A DNA stretch of 64,000 nt from Eledone cirrhosa (Eukaryota): contig OZ024741.1 in the NCBI GenBank assembly GCA_964016885.1, forward strand, positions 251,968,001-252,032,000, read 5' to 3'. Shown in pieces: positions 23,801 to 43,600 of the stretch (position 1 is the stretch's first letter; each line of letters starts with the position of its first letter). The notes under the pieces were generated by a model. It was not told the DNA's origin, ran no database searches, and saw only the letters and a program-made list of their open reading frames with translations. A program made the translations under genes and the position numbers.

Positions 23801-26800
23801 ATATTACACTATATCACACCACACTACACTACACTATATTAGACTATATCACACCACACCACACTACACTATATCACACTATATCACATCACCACACACT
23901 ACACGATATTACACCATATCACACCACACTAAACTACACTATATCACACCGCACCACACTACACTATATTACACTATATCACATCACACTACACTATATT
24001 ACACTATATCACATCACACTACACAACACTATATTACACTATATCACACCTCACTACATTACACTATATTACACTATATCACATCACACTACACTACACT
24101 ATATTGCACTATATCACATCACACCACACTACACCATATTACACTACATCACATCACACCACACTACACTACAATATATTACACTATATCATACCACACC
24201 ACACTACACTATATTACACTATATTCACATCACACCTCACTACACTATATTACACTATATCACACCACACTACACTATATTACATTATATCACATCACAC
24301 CACACAACACTATATTACACTATATCACACCACACCCCACTACACTACACTATATTACACTATATCATACCACACCTCACTACACTACACTATATTACTC
24401 TATATCACATCACATTACACTACACCATATTACACTATATCACACAACACCACACTACACTACACTATATTACACTATATCACATCACACTACACTACCC
24501 TATATTACACTATATCACACCACACCACACTACAATATATTACACTATATCACACCACACCTCACTAGCCAACACTATGTTAAAATGTACCACACGACAC
24601 TACACTATATTACACTATATCACATCACACTACACTACACTATATCACATCACATCTCACTACACTATATCACACTATACCACATCACACCACGGTTAAC
24701 TATATTATACTATATCCCACTACACTACACTATATTACACCATATCACATCACAACACACTACACTATATTACACTATATCCCACCATACCGCACTACAC
24801 TATATTACACTATATCACACCCCACTACACTACACAATAATACACTATATCACATTACACTAAATTGCAATATATTACACTATATCACATCACACCACAC
24901 TACACTATATTACACTATATCACATCACACCTCACTAGACTATATTACACTATATCAAACCACACTACACTACACTTTATTACACTATGTCACATCACAC
25001 CACGCAACACTATATGACACTATATCACATCACACCACACCACACTATATTACACTATATCACACCACACTACACTACACTTTATTACACTATATCACAT
25101 CACATGACACTACACCATATTACACTATATCACATCACACCACTCTTCACTATATTACACTATATCACACCACACCTTACTACAATACACTATATTACAC
25201 TACATCATATTACAATACACTACACTATATTACACTATATCACACCACACTACACTACACCATATTAAAATATATCACATCACACTACACTACACTATAT
25301 TACACTATATCACATCACACCACACTACACTACACTTTATTACACTATGTCGCATCACACCACGCAACACTATATTACACTATATCACATCACACCACAC
25401 CACACTATATAACACTATATCACACCACACTACACTACACTTTATTACACTATATCACATCACATGACACTACACCATATTACACTATATCACATCACAC
25501 CACACTACACTATATTACACTATATCACATAACACCAATCTTCACTATATTACACTATATCACACCACAACTCACTACACTACACTATATTACACTACAT
25601 CATATTACACCACACTACACTATATTACACTATATGACACCACACTACGCTACACTATATTACACTACCTTACATCACACCACACTACACTATATTACAT
25701 TATATCACACTACACAATATTGCACTATATCACACCGCAGCACATTACACTATATTACACCATATCACATCCCACCATACAACAATATATTACTCTATAT
25801 CGCACCAGACAACACTACACTATATTACACTATATCACACTACACCACACTACACTACATTACACTATATCACATCACACCACACTACACTATATTACAC
25901 TATATCACACTACATTGTATGGCACTATATCACACCGCACTACACTATATCACATCCCACCGCACAAAACTATATTACTCTATATCACAGCACACGACAC
26001 TACACTATATTACACTATATCACATCACACTACACTACACTATATCACATCACATCTCACTACACTATATCACACTATACCACATCACACCACGGTTAAC
26101 TATATTATACTATATCCCACTACACTACACTATATTACACCATATCACATCACAACACACTACACTATATTACACTATATCCCACCATACCGCACTACAC
26201 TATATTACACTATATCACACCCCACTACACTACACAATAATACACTATATCACATTACACTAAATTGCAATATATTACACTATATCACATCACACCACAC
26301 TACACTATATTACACTATATCACATCACACCTCACTAGACTATATTACACTATATCACGTCACACCAAACTACACTATATTACACTATATTTCACTATAT
26401 CACACCACCCTACACTGCACTATATTACACTATATCACACCACATAACACTACAATATATTACATAATATCAAACCACTCTACACTACATTACACTATAT
26501 TACACTATGTCAAATCACAATTCACTAGATTATATTACACTATATCACATCACACTACACTACACTATATTACACTATATCACACCACACCTCACTACAC
26601 AACACTATGTTACACTGTATCACACCACACCACACTACACTACAGTACACTATATCACATCACACCACAACACATTACACTATATTACAGTATATTACAC
26701 TACATCACATCACACCGCACTACATTATATTACACTATATCACACCATACTACACTAGACTATATTACACTATATCACATCACCGCACACTACACTATAT

Positions 26801-29800
26801 TATACAATATCACTATATTATACAATATATTATACAATATCACATCACACTACACTATATTACACTATATCACATCACACCACTCTACCCTATATTACAC
26901 TATATCACACCACACCACACTACACTATATTACACTATATCACACCTCACTACACTATAATACACTATATCACAAAACACCTCACTACACTATATTACAT
27001 TATATCACACCACACTGCACTACACTATATTACACTATATCACACCATACTACACTATATTTCACTATATCAAATCACACCACACTACACTCTATTACAC
27101 TATATGACATCACACCCCACTACACTATATTTCACTATATCTCATCACACCACACTACACTACACTATATTACACTATATCAAACCACACTACACTACAC
27201 TTTATTACACTATGTCACATCACACCACGCAACACTATATGACACTATATCACATCACACCACACCACACTATATTACACTATATCAAACCACACTACAC
27301 TACACTTTATTACACTATGTCACATCACACCACGCAACACTATATGACACTATATCACATCACACCACACCACACTATATTACACTATATCACACCACAC
27401 TACACTACACTTTATTACACTATATCACATCACATGACACTACACCATATTACACTATATCACATCACACCACTCTTCACTATATTACACTATATCACAC
27501 CACACCTTACTACAATACACTATATTACACTACATCATATTACAATACACTACACTATATTACACTATATCACACCACACTACACTACACCATATTAAAA
27601 TATATCACATCACACTACACTACACTATATTACACTATATCACATCACACCACACTACACTACACTTTATTACACTATGTCGCATCACACCACGCAACAC
27701 TATATTACACTATATCACATCACACCACACCACACTATATAAAACTATATCACACCACACTACACTACACTTTATTACACTATATCACATCACATGACAC
27801 TACACCATATTACACTATATCACATCACACCACACTACACTATATTACACTATATCACATAACACCAATCTTCACTATATTACACTATATCACACCACAA
27901 CTCACTACACTACACTATATTACACTACATCATATTACACTACACTACACTATATTACACTATATCACACTACACCACACTACACTATATTACACTATAT
28001 GACACCACACTACGCTACACTATATTACACTACCTCACATCACACCACACTACACTATATTACATTATATCACACTACACAATATTGCACTATATCACAC
28101 CGCAGCACATTACACTATATTACACCATATCACATCCCACCATACAACAATATATTACTCTATATCGCACCAGACAACACTACACTATATTACACTATAT
28201 CACACTACACCACACTACTCTACACTATATTACACTATATCACATCCCACCACACTACACTATATTACACTATATCACACCACACTACACTATATTACAC
28301 TATATAACATCACACTGCACTACACTATATAACACTATATCACACCACAGCTCACTATACTATGTTACACTACATCATATTACACTACACTACACTATAT
28401 TACACTATATCACACAACCCTATGCTACACTATATTACACTATATCACACCACACTACACTACACTATATTACAGTATATCACATCACACCACACTACAC
28501 TATATTACACTATATCACACTACACTACACTACACTATATTACACTATATCACACCACACCTCACTACACTATATTACACTATATCACACCACAACTCTC
28601 TACACTAAATTACACTAAATCACATCACACCACACTACACCATAATACACTATATCACATCACACTATACTACACTATATTACACTATATCACACCACAC
28701 TATACTATATTAGACTACATCACATTACACAACACTACACCATATTACACTACATCACATTGCACTACACTACACCATACCTCACCACACTACACTATAT
28801 TACATCACACCGTACTACACTATATTATACTATATCACATCGCACCACAGTACACTATATTACACTATATCACACCACACTACACTACACTATATTACAC
28901 TATATCACATCACTCCACACTACATTATATTACACTATATCATATTACACTATATCACATTACACTATATCACATCACACCTCGCTACACTACACTATAT
29001 TACACTATATCAAACCACACCTCACAACACTACAATATGTTACACTATATCACATCATACCACTCCACACTACACTATATTACACTATATCACACCACAC
29101 TACACTATATTACACTATATCACACCACACCACACTACACTATATTATACTATATCACACCACACTACACTATATTACACTATATTACACTATATCACAT
29201 CACACCACATTACATTATATTACACTATATCATATTACATTATATCACATTACACTATATCACACCACACCTCACTACACTACACTATATTACACTATAT
29301 CACACCACACCTCACAACAATACAATATGTTACACTATATCACATCATACCATCCACACTACACTATATTACACTATATCACATTACACCACACTGCACT
29401 GTATTACACTATATCACACCACACTACACTATATTACACTATATCATACCACACTGCACCATATTACACTACATCACATTACACTACTCTACACTATATT
29501 ACACTATATCAGATCACACCACAATACTTTATATTACACTATATCACATCACACTACACTACATTATATTACACTATATCACACCACACCACTCTACACT
29601 ATATTACATTATATCATATCACACTACACTACATTATATTACATAATATCACACCACACCTCACTACACTATATTACACTTTATCACACCACACCTCACT
29701 ACACTATATTACACTATATTACACTACACCACACTACACTATATTACACTATATCACATCCCACCACACAACACTATATTGCTCTATATCACACCACAGT

Positions 29801-30311
29801 ACACTACACTATATTACACTGTATCACACTACACCACACTACACTATATTACACTATATCACATCACACCACACTACACCTTATTACATATATCACACCA
29901 CACTACACTACACTATATTACACTATATCACATCACACCACACTACACCTTATTACATATATCACACCACACTACACTACACTATATTACACTATATCAC
30001 ACTATATCACACCACTCCACACTACACTATGTTACACTATATCACATCATCACTACACTACACTATATTACACTATATCACATCACACCACAATGCACTA
30101 TATTACACTATATCACATCACACTATACTACACTATATTACACTATATCACACTACACTACAATATATTACACTATATCACACCACACTACACTACACTA
30201 TATTACACTATATCACATCACGCCGCACTACACTCTATTACACTGTATCACATCACACCACACAACACTACACTATATTACACTATATCACACCACACTA
30301 CACTACATTAT

Positions 30312-30498
30312 GGGGGTTGGCAGTATCGGTAGAGGGCTGGAGACGCCATGCTTTCCAGCATAGTTACGTCCCTTTACGATCTGAGTTCAAATCCCGCCGA
30401 GGTTGACTTTGCCTTTCATCCTTACGGGGTCGATAAAATAAAGTAGCAGTAATGTACTGGGTAATTGCTGGCCTTGTGCCTCAATTATATACAATTAT
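30312..30498 (+). mobile_element. SINE family B inserted in satellite (HOR copy 1)
   Basis: A box TGGCAGTATCGG 30318-29, B box GAGTTCAAATCC 30383-94; ATTAT on both flanks. Confidence 0.92.
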
Positions 30499-33400
30499 AT
30501 TACACTATATCACTTCACACCACACTGCACCATATTACACTATATCATATCACACTACACTACACTATATTACACTATATCACATCACACCACACTACAC
30601 TATATTACACTATATCATATCACACTACACTACACTATATTACACTATATCACATCAAACCACACTGCACCATATTACACTATATCACATTACACTACAC
30701 TACACTATATTACACTATATCACATCACACCACACTACACTATATTACACTATATCATATCACACTACAGTACACTATATTACACTATATCACACCACAC
30801 CACACTACATTACACTATATTACACTATATCACATCACACTACACTACACTATATTACTCTATACCACATCACACCACACTACACTATATTACACTATAT
30901 CATATCACACTACACTACACTATATTACACTATATCACACCACACTACACTACACTATATTACACTATATCACATCACACTACATTACACTATATTACAC
31001 TATATCACATCACACCACACTACACTATATTACACTATATCACACGTCACTACACCACACTACCCTATATTACATTACATCATACCTCACTACACTACAC
31101 TCTATTACACTTTATCACATCATACCACACCACGCTACACTATATTATACTATATCCCACCACACCACAGTACATTATATTACACTATATCTCATCATAC
31201 CTCACTACACTATATTACATTATATCGCACCATACTACACTATATTATACTATATCACACCACACTACAATATATTACACTATACCACATCACGCTACAC
31301 TATATTACACTATATCACATCACACTACACTAAACTATATTACAGTATATCACATCACACCTAACTACAATTCACTATATTACAGTACAACATATTACAC
31401 TACACTACACTATATTACACTTTATCACACCACACTACTCTACACAATATTACACTATATCACATCCCACCACACTACACTATATCACAGCACACTACAG
31501 TACACTATATTACAGTATATCACATCACACGACACTACACTATATTACACTATATCACACTACACTACACTATATTGCACTATATCACACCGCGCCACAT
31601 TACACTATATTACACTATATCACATCACACCACACTACACTATGTTACACTATATCATACCACACTAGACTAATATATGTTACACTATATCACACCACAC
31701 TACACTATATTACACTATATCACACCACACCTCACTACACTATATTACACTATACCACATCCCACCACACTACACTATATTACACTATATCACACCACAC
31801 TACATCACACGTCACTACACCACACTACCCTATATTACATTACCTATTACACCACACCCCATCTCACTACAATACATACTACACGATATCACACCATACT
31901 ACACTATATTTCACTATATCAAATCACACCACACTACACTCTATTACACTATATGACATCACACCCCACTACACTATATTTCACTATATCTCATCACACC
32001 ACACTACACTACACTATATTACACTATATCAAACCACACTACACTACACTTTATTACACTATGTCACATCACACCACGCAACACTATATGACACTATATC
32101 ACATCACACCACACCACACTATATTACACTATATCAAACCACACTACACTACACTTTATTACACTATGTCACATCACACCACGCAACACTATATGACACT
32201 ATATCACATCACACCACACCACACTATATTACACTATATCACACCACACTACACTACACTTTATTACACTATATCACATCACATGACACTACACCATATT
32301 ACACTATATCACATCACACCACTCTTCACTATATTACACTATATCACACCACACCTTACTACAATACACTATATTACACTACATCATATTACAATACACT
32401 ACACTATATTACACTATATCACACCACACTACACTACACCATATTAAAATATATCACATCACACTACACTACACTATATTACACTATATCACATCACACC
32501 GCACTACACTACACTTTATTACACTATGTCGCATCACACCACGCAACACTATATTACACTATATCACATCACACCACACCACACTATATAACACTATATC
32601 ACACCACACTACACTACACTTTATTACACTATATCACATCACATGACACTACACCATATTACACTATATCACATCACACCACACTACACTATATTACACT
32701 ATATCACATAACACCAATCTTCACTATATTACACTATATCACACCACAACTCACTACACTACACTATATTACACTACATCATATTACACCACACTACACT
32801 ATATTACACTATATGACACCACACTACGCTACACTATATTACACTACCTTACATCACACCACACTACACTATATTACATTATATCACACTACACAATATT
32901 GCACTATATCACACCGCAGCACATTACACTATATTACACCATATCACATCCCACCATACAACAATATATTACTCTATATCGCACCAGACAACACTACACT
33001 ATATTACACTATATCACACTACACCACACTACACTACATTACACTATATCACATCACACCACACTACACTATATTACACTATATCACACTACATTGTATG
33101 GCACTATATCACACCGCACTACACTATATCACATCCCACCGCACAAAACTATATTACTCTATATCACAGCACACGACACTACACTATATTACACTATATC
33201 ACATCACACTACACTACACTATATCACATCACATCTCACTACACTATATCACACTATACCACATCACACCACGGTTAACTATATTATACTATATCCCACT
33301 ACACTACACTATATTACACCATATCACATCACAACACACTACACTATATTACACTATATCCCACCATACCGCACTACACTATATTACACTATATCACACC

Positions 33401-36400
33401 CCACTACACTACACAATAATACACTATATCACATTACACTAAATTGCAATATATTACACTATATTACATCACACCACACTACACTATATTACACTATATC
33501 ACATCACACCTCACTAGACTATATTACACTATATCACGTCACACCAAACTACACTATATTACACTATATTTCACTATATCACACCACCCTACACTGCACT
33601 ATATTACACTATATCACACCACATAACACTACAATATATTACATAATATCAAACCACTCTACACTACATTACACTATATTACACTATGTCAAATCGCAAT
33701 TCACTAGATTATATTACACTATATCACATCACACTACACTACACTATATTACACTATATCACACCACACCTCACTACACAACACTATGTTACACTGTATC
33801 ACACCACACCACACTACACTATAGTACACTATATCACATCACACCACAACACATTACACTATATTACAGTATATTACACTACATCACATCACACCGCACT
33901 ACATTATATTACACTATATCACACCATACTACACTAGACTATATTACACTATATCACATCACCGCACACTACACTATATTATACAATATCACTATATTAT
34001 ACAATATATTATACAATATCACATCACACTACACTATATTACACTATATCACATCACACCACTCTACCCTATATTACACTATATCACACCACACCACACT
34101 ACACTATATTACACTATATCACACCTCACTACACTATAATACACTATATCACAAAACACCTCACTACACTATATTACATTATATCACACCACACTGCACT
34201 ACACTATATTACACTATATCACACCATACTACACTATATTTCACTATATCAAATCACACCACACTACACTCTATTACACTATATGACATCACACCCCACT
34301 ACACTATATTTCACTATATCTCATCACACCACACTACACTACACTATATTACACTATATCAAACCACACTACACTACACTTTATTACACTATGTCACATC
34401 ACACCACGCAACACTATATGACACTATATCACATCACACCACACCACACTATATTACACTATATCAAACCACACTACACTACACTTTATTACACTATGTC
34501 ACATCACACCACGCAACACTATATGACACTATATCACATCACACCACACCACACTATATTACACTATATCACACCACACTACACTACACTTTATTACACT
34601 ATATCACATCACATGACACTACACCATATTACACTATATCACATCACACCACTCTTCACTATATTACACTATATCACACCACACCTTACTACAATACACT
34701 ATATTACACTACATCATATTACAATACACTACACTATATTACACTATATCACACCACACTACACTACACCATATTAAAATATATCACATCACACTACACT
34801 ACACTATATTACACTATATCACATCACACCACACTACACTACACTTTATTACACTATGTCGCATCACACCACGCAACACTATATTACACTATATCACATC
34901 ACACCACACCACACTATATAACACTATATCACACCACACTACACTACACTTTATTACACTATATCACATCACATGACACTACACCATATTACACTATATC
35001 ACATCACACCACACTACACTATATTACACTATATCACATAACACCAATCTTCACTATATTACACTATATCACACCACAACTCACTACACTACACTATATT
35101 ACACTACATCATATTACACTACACTACACTATATTACACTATATCACACTACACCACACTACACTATATTACACTATATGACACCACACTACGCTACACT
35201 ATATTACACTACCTCACATCACACCACACTACACTATATTACATTATATCACACTACACAATATTGCACTATATCAGACCGCAGCACATTACACTATATT
35301 ACACCATATCACATCCCACCATACAACAATATATTACTCTATATCGCACCAGACAACACTACACTATATTACACTATATCACACTACACCACACTACTCT
35401 ACACTATATTACACTATATCACATCCCACCACACTACACTATATTACACTATATCACACCACACTACACTATATTACACTATATAACATCACACTGCACT
35501 ACACTATATAACACTATATCACACCACAGCTCACTATACTATGTTACACTACATCATATTACACTACACTACACTATATTACACTATATCACACAACCCT
35601 ATGCTACACTATATTACACTATATCACACCACACTACACTACACTATATTACAGTATATCACATCACACCACACTACACTATATTACACTATATCACACT
35701 ACACTACACTACACTATATTACACTATATCACACCACACCTCACTACACTATATTACACTATATCACACCACAACTCTCTACACTAAATTACACTAAATC
35801 ACATCACACCACACTACACCATAATACACTATATCACATCACACTATACTACACTATATTACACTATATCACACCACACTATACTATATTAGACTACATC
35901 ACATTACACAACACTACACCATATTACACTACATCACATTGCACTACACTACACCATACCTCACCACACTACACTATATTACATCACACCGTACTACACT
36001 ATATTATACTATATCACATCGCACCACAGTACACTATATTACACTATATCACACCACACTACACTACACTATATTACACTATATCACATCACTCCACACT
36101 ACATTATATTACACTATATCATATTACACTATATCACATTACACTATATCACATCACACCTCGCTACACTACACTATATTACACTATATCAAACCACACC
36201 TCACAACACTACAATATGTTACACTATATCACATCATACCACTCCACACTACACTATATTACACTATATCACACCACACTACACTATATTACACTATATC
36301 ACACCACACCACACTACACTATATTATACTATATCACACCACACTACACTATATTACACTATATTACACTATATCACATCACACCACATTACATTATATT

Positions 36401-37490
36401 ACACTATATCATATTACATTATATCACATTACACTATATCACACCACACCTCACTACACTACACTATATTACACTATATCACACCACACCTCACAACAAT
36501 ACAATATGTTACACTATATCACATCATACCATCCACACTACACTATATTACACTATATCACATTACACCACACTGCACTGTATTACACTATATCACACCA
36601 CACTACACTATATTACACTATATCATACCACACTGCACCATATTACACTACATCACATTACACTACTCTACACTATATTACACTATATCAGATCACACCA
36701 CAATACTTTATATTACACTATATCACATCACACTACACTACATTATATTACACTATATCACACCACACCACTCTACACTATATTACATTATATCATATCA
36801 CACTACACTACATTATATTACATAATATCACACCACACCTCACTACACTATATTACACTTTATCACACCACACCTCACTACACTATATTACACTATATTA
36901 CACTACACCACACTACACTATATTACACTATATCACATCCCACCACACAACACTATATTGCTCTATATCACACCACAGTACACTACACTATATTACACTG
37001 TATCACACTACACCACACTACACTATATTACACTATATCACATCACACCACACTACACCTTATTACATATATCACACCACACTACACTACACTATATTAC
37101 ACTATATCACATCACACCACACTACACCTTATTACATATATCACACCACACTACACTACACTATATTACACTATATCACACTATATCACACCACTCCACA
37201 CTACACTATGTTACACTATATCACATCATCACTACACTACACTATATTACACTATATCACATCACACCACAATGCACTATATTACACTATATCACATCAC
37301 ACTATACTACACTATATTACACTATATCACACTACACTACAATATATTACACTATATCACACCACACTACACTACACTATATTACACTATATCACATCAC
37401 GCCGCACTACACTCTATTACACTGTATCACATCACACCACACAACACTACACTATATTACACTATATCACACCACACTACACTACATTAT

Positions 37491-37677
37491 GGGGGTTGGC
37501 AGTATCGGTAGAGGGCTGGAGACGCCATGCTTTCCAGCATAGTTACGTCCCTTTACGATCTGAGTTCAAATCCCGCCGAGGTTGACTTTGCCTTTCATCC
37601 TTACGGGGTCGATAAAATAAAGTAGCAGTAATGTACTGGGTAATTGCTGGCCTTGTGCCTCAATTATATACAATTAT
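37491..37677 (+). mobile_element. SINE family B in satellite (HOR copy 2)
   Basis: No difference seen from 30312-30498; same flanks. Confidence 0.92.
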
Positions 37678-40600
37678 ATTACACTATATCACTTCACACC
37701 ACACTGCACCATATTACACTATATCATATCACACTACACTACACTATATTACACTATATCACATCACACCACACTACACTATATTACACTATATCATATC
37801 ACACTACACTACACTATATTACACTATATCACATCAAACCACACTGCACCATATTACACTATATCACATTACACTACACTACACTATATTACACTATATC
37901 ACATCACACCACACTACACTATATTACACTATATCATATCACACTACAGTACACTATATTACACTATATCACACCACACCACACTACATTACACTATATT
38001 ACACTATATCACATCACACTACACTACACTATATTACTCTATACCACATCACACCACACTACACTATATTACACTATATCATATCACACTACACTACACT
38101 ATATTACACTATATCACACCACACTACACTACACTATATTACACTATATCACATCACACTACATTACACTATATTACACTATATCACATCACACCACACT
38201 ACACTATATTACACTATATCACACGTCACTACACCACACTACCCTATATTACATTACATCATACCTCACTACACTACACTCTATTACACTTTATCACATC
38301 ATACCACACCACGCTACACTATATTATACTATATCCCACCACACCACAGTACATTATATTACACTATATCTCATCATACCTCACTACACTATATTACATT
38401 ATATCGCACCATACTACACTATATTATACTATATCACACCACACTACAATATATTACACTATACCACATCACGCTACACTATATTACACTATATCACATC
38501 ACACTACACTAAACTATATTACAGTATATCACATCACACCTAACTACAATTCACTATATTACAGTACAACATATTACACTACACTACACTATATTACACT
38601 TTATCACACCACACTACTCTACACAATATTACACTATATCACATCCCACCACACTACACTATATCACAGCACACTACAGTACACTATATTACAGTATATC
38701 ACATCACACGACACTACACTATATTACACTATATCACACTACACTACACTATATTGCACTATATCACACCGCGCCACATTACACTATATTACACTATATC
38801 ACATCACACCACACTACACTATGTTACACTATATCATACCACACTAGACTAATATATGTTACACTATATCACACCACACTACACTATATTACACTATATC
38901 ACACCACACCTCACTACACTATATTACACTATACCACATCCCACCACACTACACTATATTACACTATATCACACCACACTACATCACACGTCACTACACC
39001 ACACTACCCTATATTACATTACCTATTACACCACACCCCATCTCACTACAATACATACTACACGATATCACACCATACTACACTATATTTCACTATATCA
39101 AATCACACCACACTACACTCTATTACACTATATGACATCACACCCCACTACACTATATTTCACTATATCTCATCACACCACACTACACTACACTATATTA
39201 CACTATATCAAACCACACTACACTACACTTTATTACACTATGTCACATCACACCACGCAACACTATATGACACTATATCACATCACACCACACCACACTA
39301 TATTACACTATATCAAACCACACTACACTACACTTTATTACACTATGTCACATCACACCACGCAACACTATATGACACTATATCACATCACACCACACCA
39401 CACTATATTACACTATATCACACCACACTACACTACACTTTATTACACTATATCACATCACATGACACTACACCATATTACACTATATCACATCACACCA
39501 CTCTTCACTATATTACACTATATCACACCACACCTTACTACAATACACTATATTACACTACATCATATTACAATACACTACACTATATTACACTATATCA
39601 CACCACACTACACTACACCATATTAAAATATATCACATCACACTACACTACACTATATTACACTATATCACATCACACCGCACTACACTACACTTTATTA
39701 CACTATGTCGCATCACACCACGCAACACTATATTACACTATATCACATCACACCACACCACACTATATAACACTATATCACACCACACTACACTACACTT
39801 TATTACACTATATCACATCACATGACACTACACCATATTACACTATATCACATCACACCACACTACACTATATTACACTATATCACATAACACCAATCTT
39901 CACTATATTACACTATATCACACCACAACTCACTACACTACACTATATTACACTACATCATATTACACCACACTACACTATATTACACTATATGACACCA
40001 CACTACGCTACACTATATTACACTACCTTACATCACACCACACTACACTATATTACATTATATCACACTACACAATATTGCACTATATCACACCGCAGCA
40101 CATTACACTATATTACACCATATCACATCCCACCATACAACAATATATTACTCTATATCGCACCAGACAACACTACACTATATTACACTATATCACACTA
40201 CACCACACTACACTACATTACACTATATCACATCACACCACACTACACTATATTACACTATATCACACTACATTGTATGGCACTATATCACACCGCACTA
40301 CACTATATCACATCCCACCGCACAAAACTATATTACTCTATATCACAGCACACGACACTACACTATATTACACTATATCACATCACACTACACTACACTA
40401 TATCACATCACATCTCACTACACTATATCACACTATACCACATCACACCACGGTTAACTATATTATACTATATCCCACTACACTACACTATATTACACCA
40501 TATCACATCACAACACACTACACTATATTACACTATATCCCACCATACCGCACTACACTATATTACACTATATCACACCCCACTACACTACACAATAATA

Positions 40601-43600
40601 CACTATATCACATTACACTAAATTGCAATATATTACACTATATTACATCACACCACACTACACTATATTACACTATATCACATCACACCTCACTAGACTA
40701 TATTACACTATATCACGTCACACCAAACTACACTATATTACACTATATTTCACTATATCACACCACCCTACACTGCACTATATTACACTATATCACACCA
40801 CATAACACTACAATATATTACATAATATCAAACCACTCTACACTACATTACACTATATTACACTATGTCAAATCGCAATTCACTAGATTATATTACACTA
40901 TATCACATCACACTACACTACACTATATTACACTATATCACACCACACCTCACTACACAACACTATGTTACACTGTATCACACCACACCACACTACACTA
41001 TAGTACACTATATCACATCACACCACAACACATTACACTATATTACAGTATATTACACTACATCACATCACACCGCACTACATTATATTACACTATATCA
41101 CACCATACTACACTAGACTATATTACACTATATCACATCACCGCACACTACACTATATTATACAATATCACTATATTATACAATATATTATACAATATCA
41201 CATCACACTACACTATATTACACTATATCACATCACACCACTCTACCCTATATTACACTATATCACACCACACCACACTACACTATATTACACTATATCA
41301 CACCTCACTACACTATAATACACTATATCACAAAACACCTCACTACACTATATTACATTATATCACACCACACTGCACTACACTATATTACACTATATCA
41401 CACCATACTACACTATATTTCACTATATCAAATCACACCACACTACACTCTATTACACTATATGACATCACACCCCACTACACTATATTTCACTATATCT
41501 CATCACACCACACTACACTACACTATATTACACTATATCAAACCACACTACACTACACTTTATTACACTATGTCACATCACACCACGCAACACTATATGA
41601 CACTATATCACATCACACCACACCACACTATATTACACTATATCAAACCACACTACACTACACTTTATTACACTATGTCACATCACACCACGCAACACTA
41701 TATGACACTATATCACATCACACCACACCACACTATATTACACTATATCACACCACACTACACTACACTTTATTACACTATATCACATCACATGACACTA
41801 CACCATATTACACTATATCACATCACACCACTCTTCACTATATTACACTATATCACACCACACCTTACTACAATACACTATATTACACTACATCATATTA
41901 CAATACACTACACTATATTACACTATATCACACCACACTACACTACACCATATTAAAATATATCACATCACACTACACTACACTATATTACACTATATCA
42001 CATCACACCACACTACACTACACTTTATTACACTATGTCGCATCACACCACGCAACACTATATTACACTATATCACATCACACCACACCACACTATATAA
42101 CACTATATCACACCACACTACACTACACTTTATTACACTATATCACATCACATGACACTACACCATATTACACTATATCACATCACACCACACTACACTA
42201 TATTACACTATATCACATAACACCAATCTTCACTATATTACACTATATCACACCACAACTCACTACACTACACTATATTACACTACATCATATTACACTA
42301 CACTACACTATATTACACTATATCACACTACACCACACTACACTATATTACACTATATGACACCACACTACGCTACACTATATTACACTACCTCACATCA
42401 CACCACACTACACTATATTACATTATATCACACTACACAATATTGCACTATATCAGACCGCAGCACATTACACTATATTACACCATATCACATCCCACCA
42501 TACAACAATATATTACTCTATATCGCACCAGACAACACTACACTATATTACACTATATCACACTACACCACACTACTCTACACTATATTACACTATATCA
42601 CATCCCACCACACTACACTATATTACACTATATCACACCACACTACACTATATTACACTATATAACATCACACTGCACTACACTATATAACACTATATCA
42701 CACCACAGCTCACTATACTATGTTACACTACATCATATTACACTACACTACACTATATTACACTATATCACACAACCCTATGCTACACTATATTACACTA
42801 TATCACACCACACTACACTACACTATATTACAGTATATCACATCACACCACACTACACTATATTACACTATATCACACTACACTACACTACACTATATTA
42901 CACTATATCACACCACACCTCACTACACTATATTACACTATATCACACCACAACTCTCTACACTAAATTACACTAAATCACATCACACCACACTACACCA
43001 TAATACACTATATCACATCACACTATACTACACTATATTACACTATATCACACCACACTATACTATATTAGACTACATCACATTACACAACACTACACCA
43101 TATTACACTACATCACATTGCACTACACTACACCATACCTCACCACACTACACTATATTACATCACACCGTACTACACTATATTATACTATATCACATCG
43201 CACCACAGTACACTATATTACACTATATCACACCACACTACACTACACTATATTACACTATATCACATCACTCCACACTACATTATATTACACTATATCA
43301 TATTACACTATATCACATTACACTATATCACATCACACCTCGCTACACTACACTATATTACACTATATCAAACCACACCTCACAACACTACAATATGTTA
43401 CACTATATCACATCATACCACTCCACACTACACTATATTACACTATATCACACCACACTACACTATATTACACTATATCACACCACACCACACTACACTA
43501 TATTATACTATATCACACCACACTACACTATATTACACTATATTACACTATATCACATCACACCACATTACATTATATTACACTATATCATATTACATTA

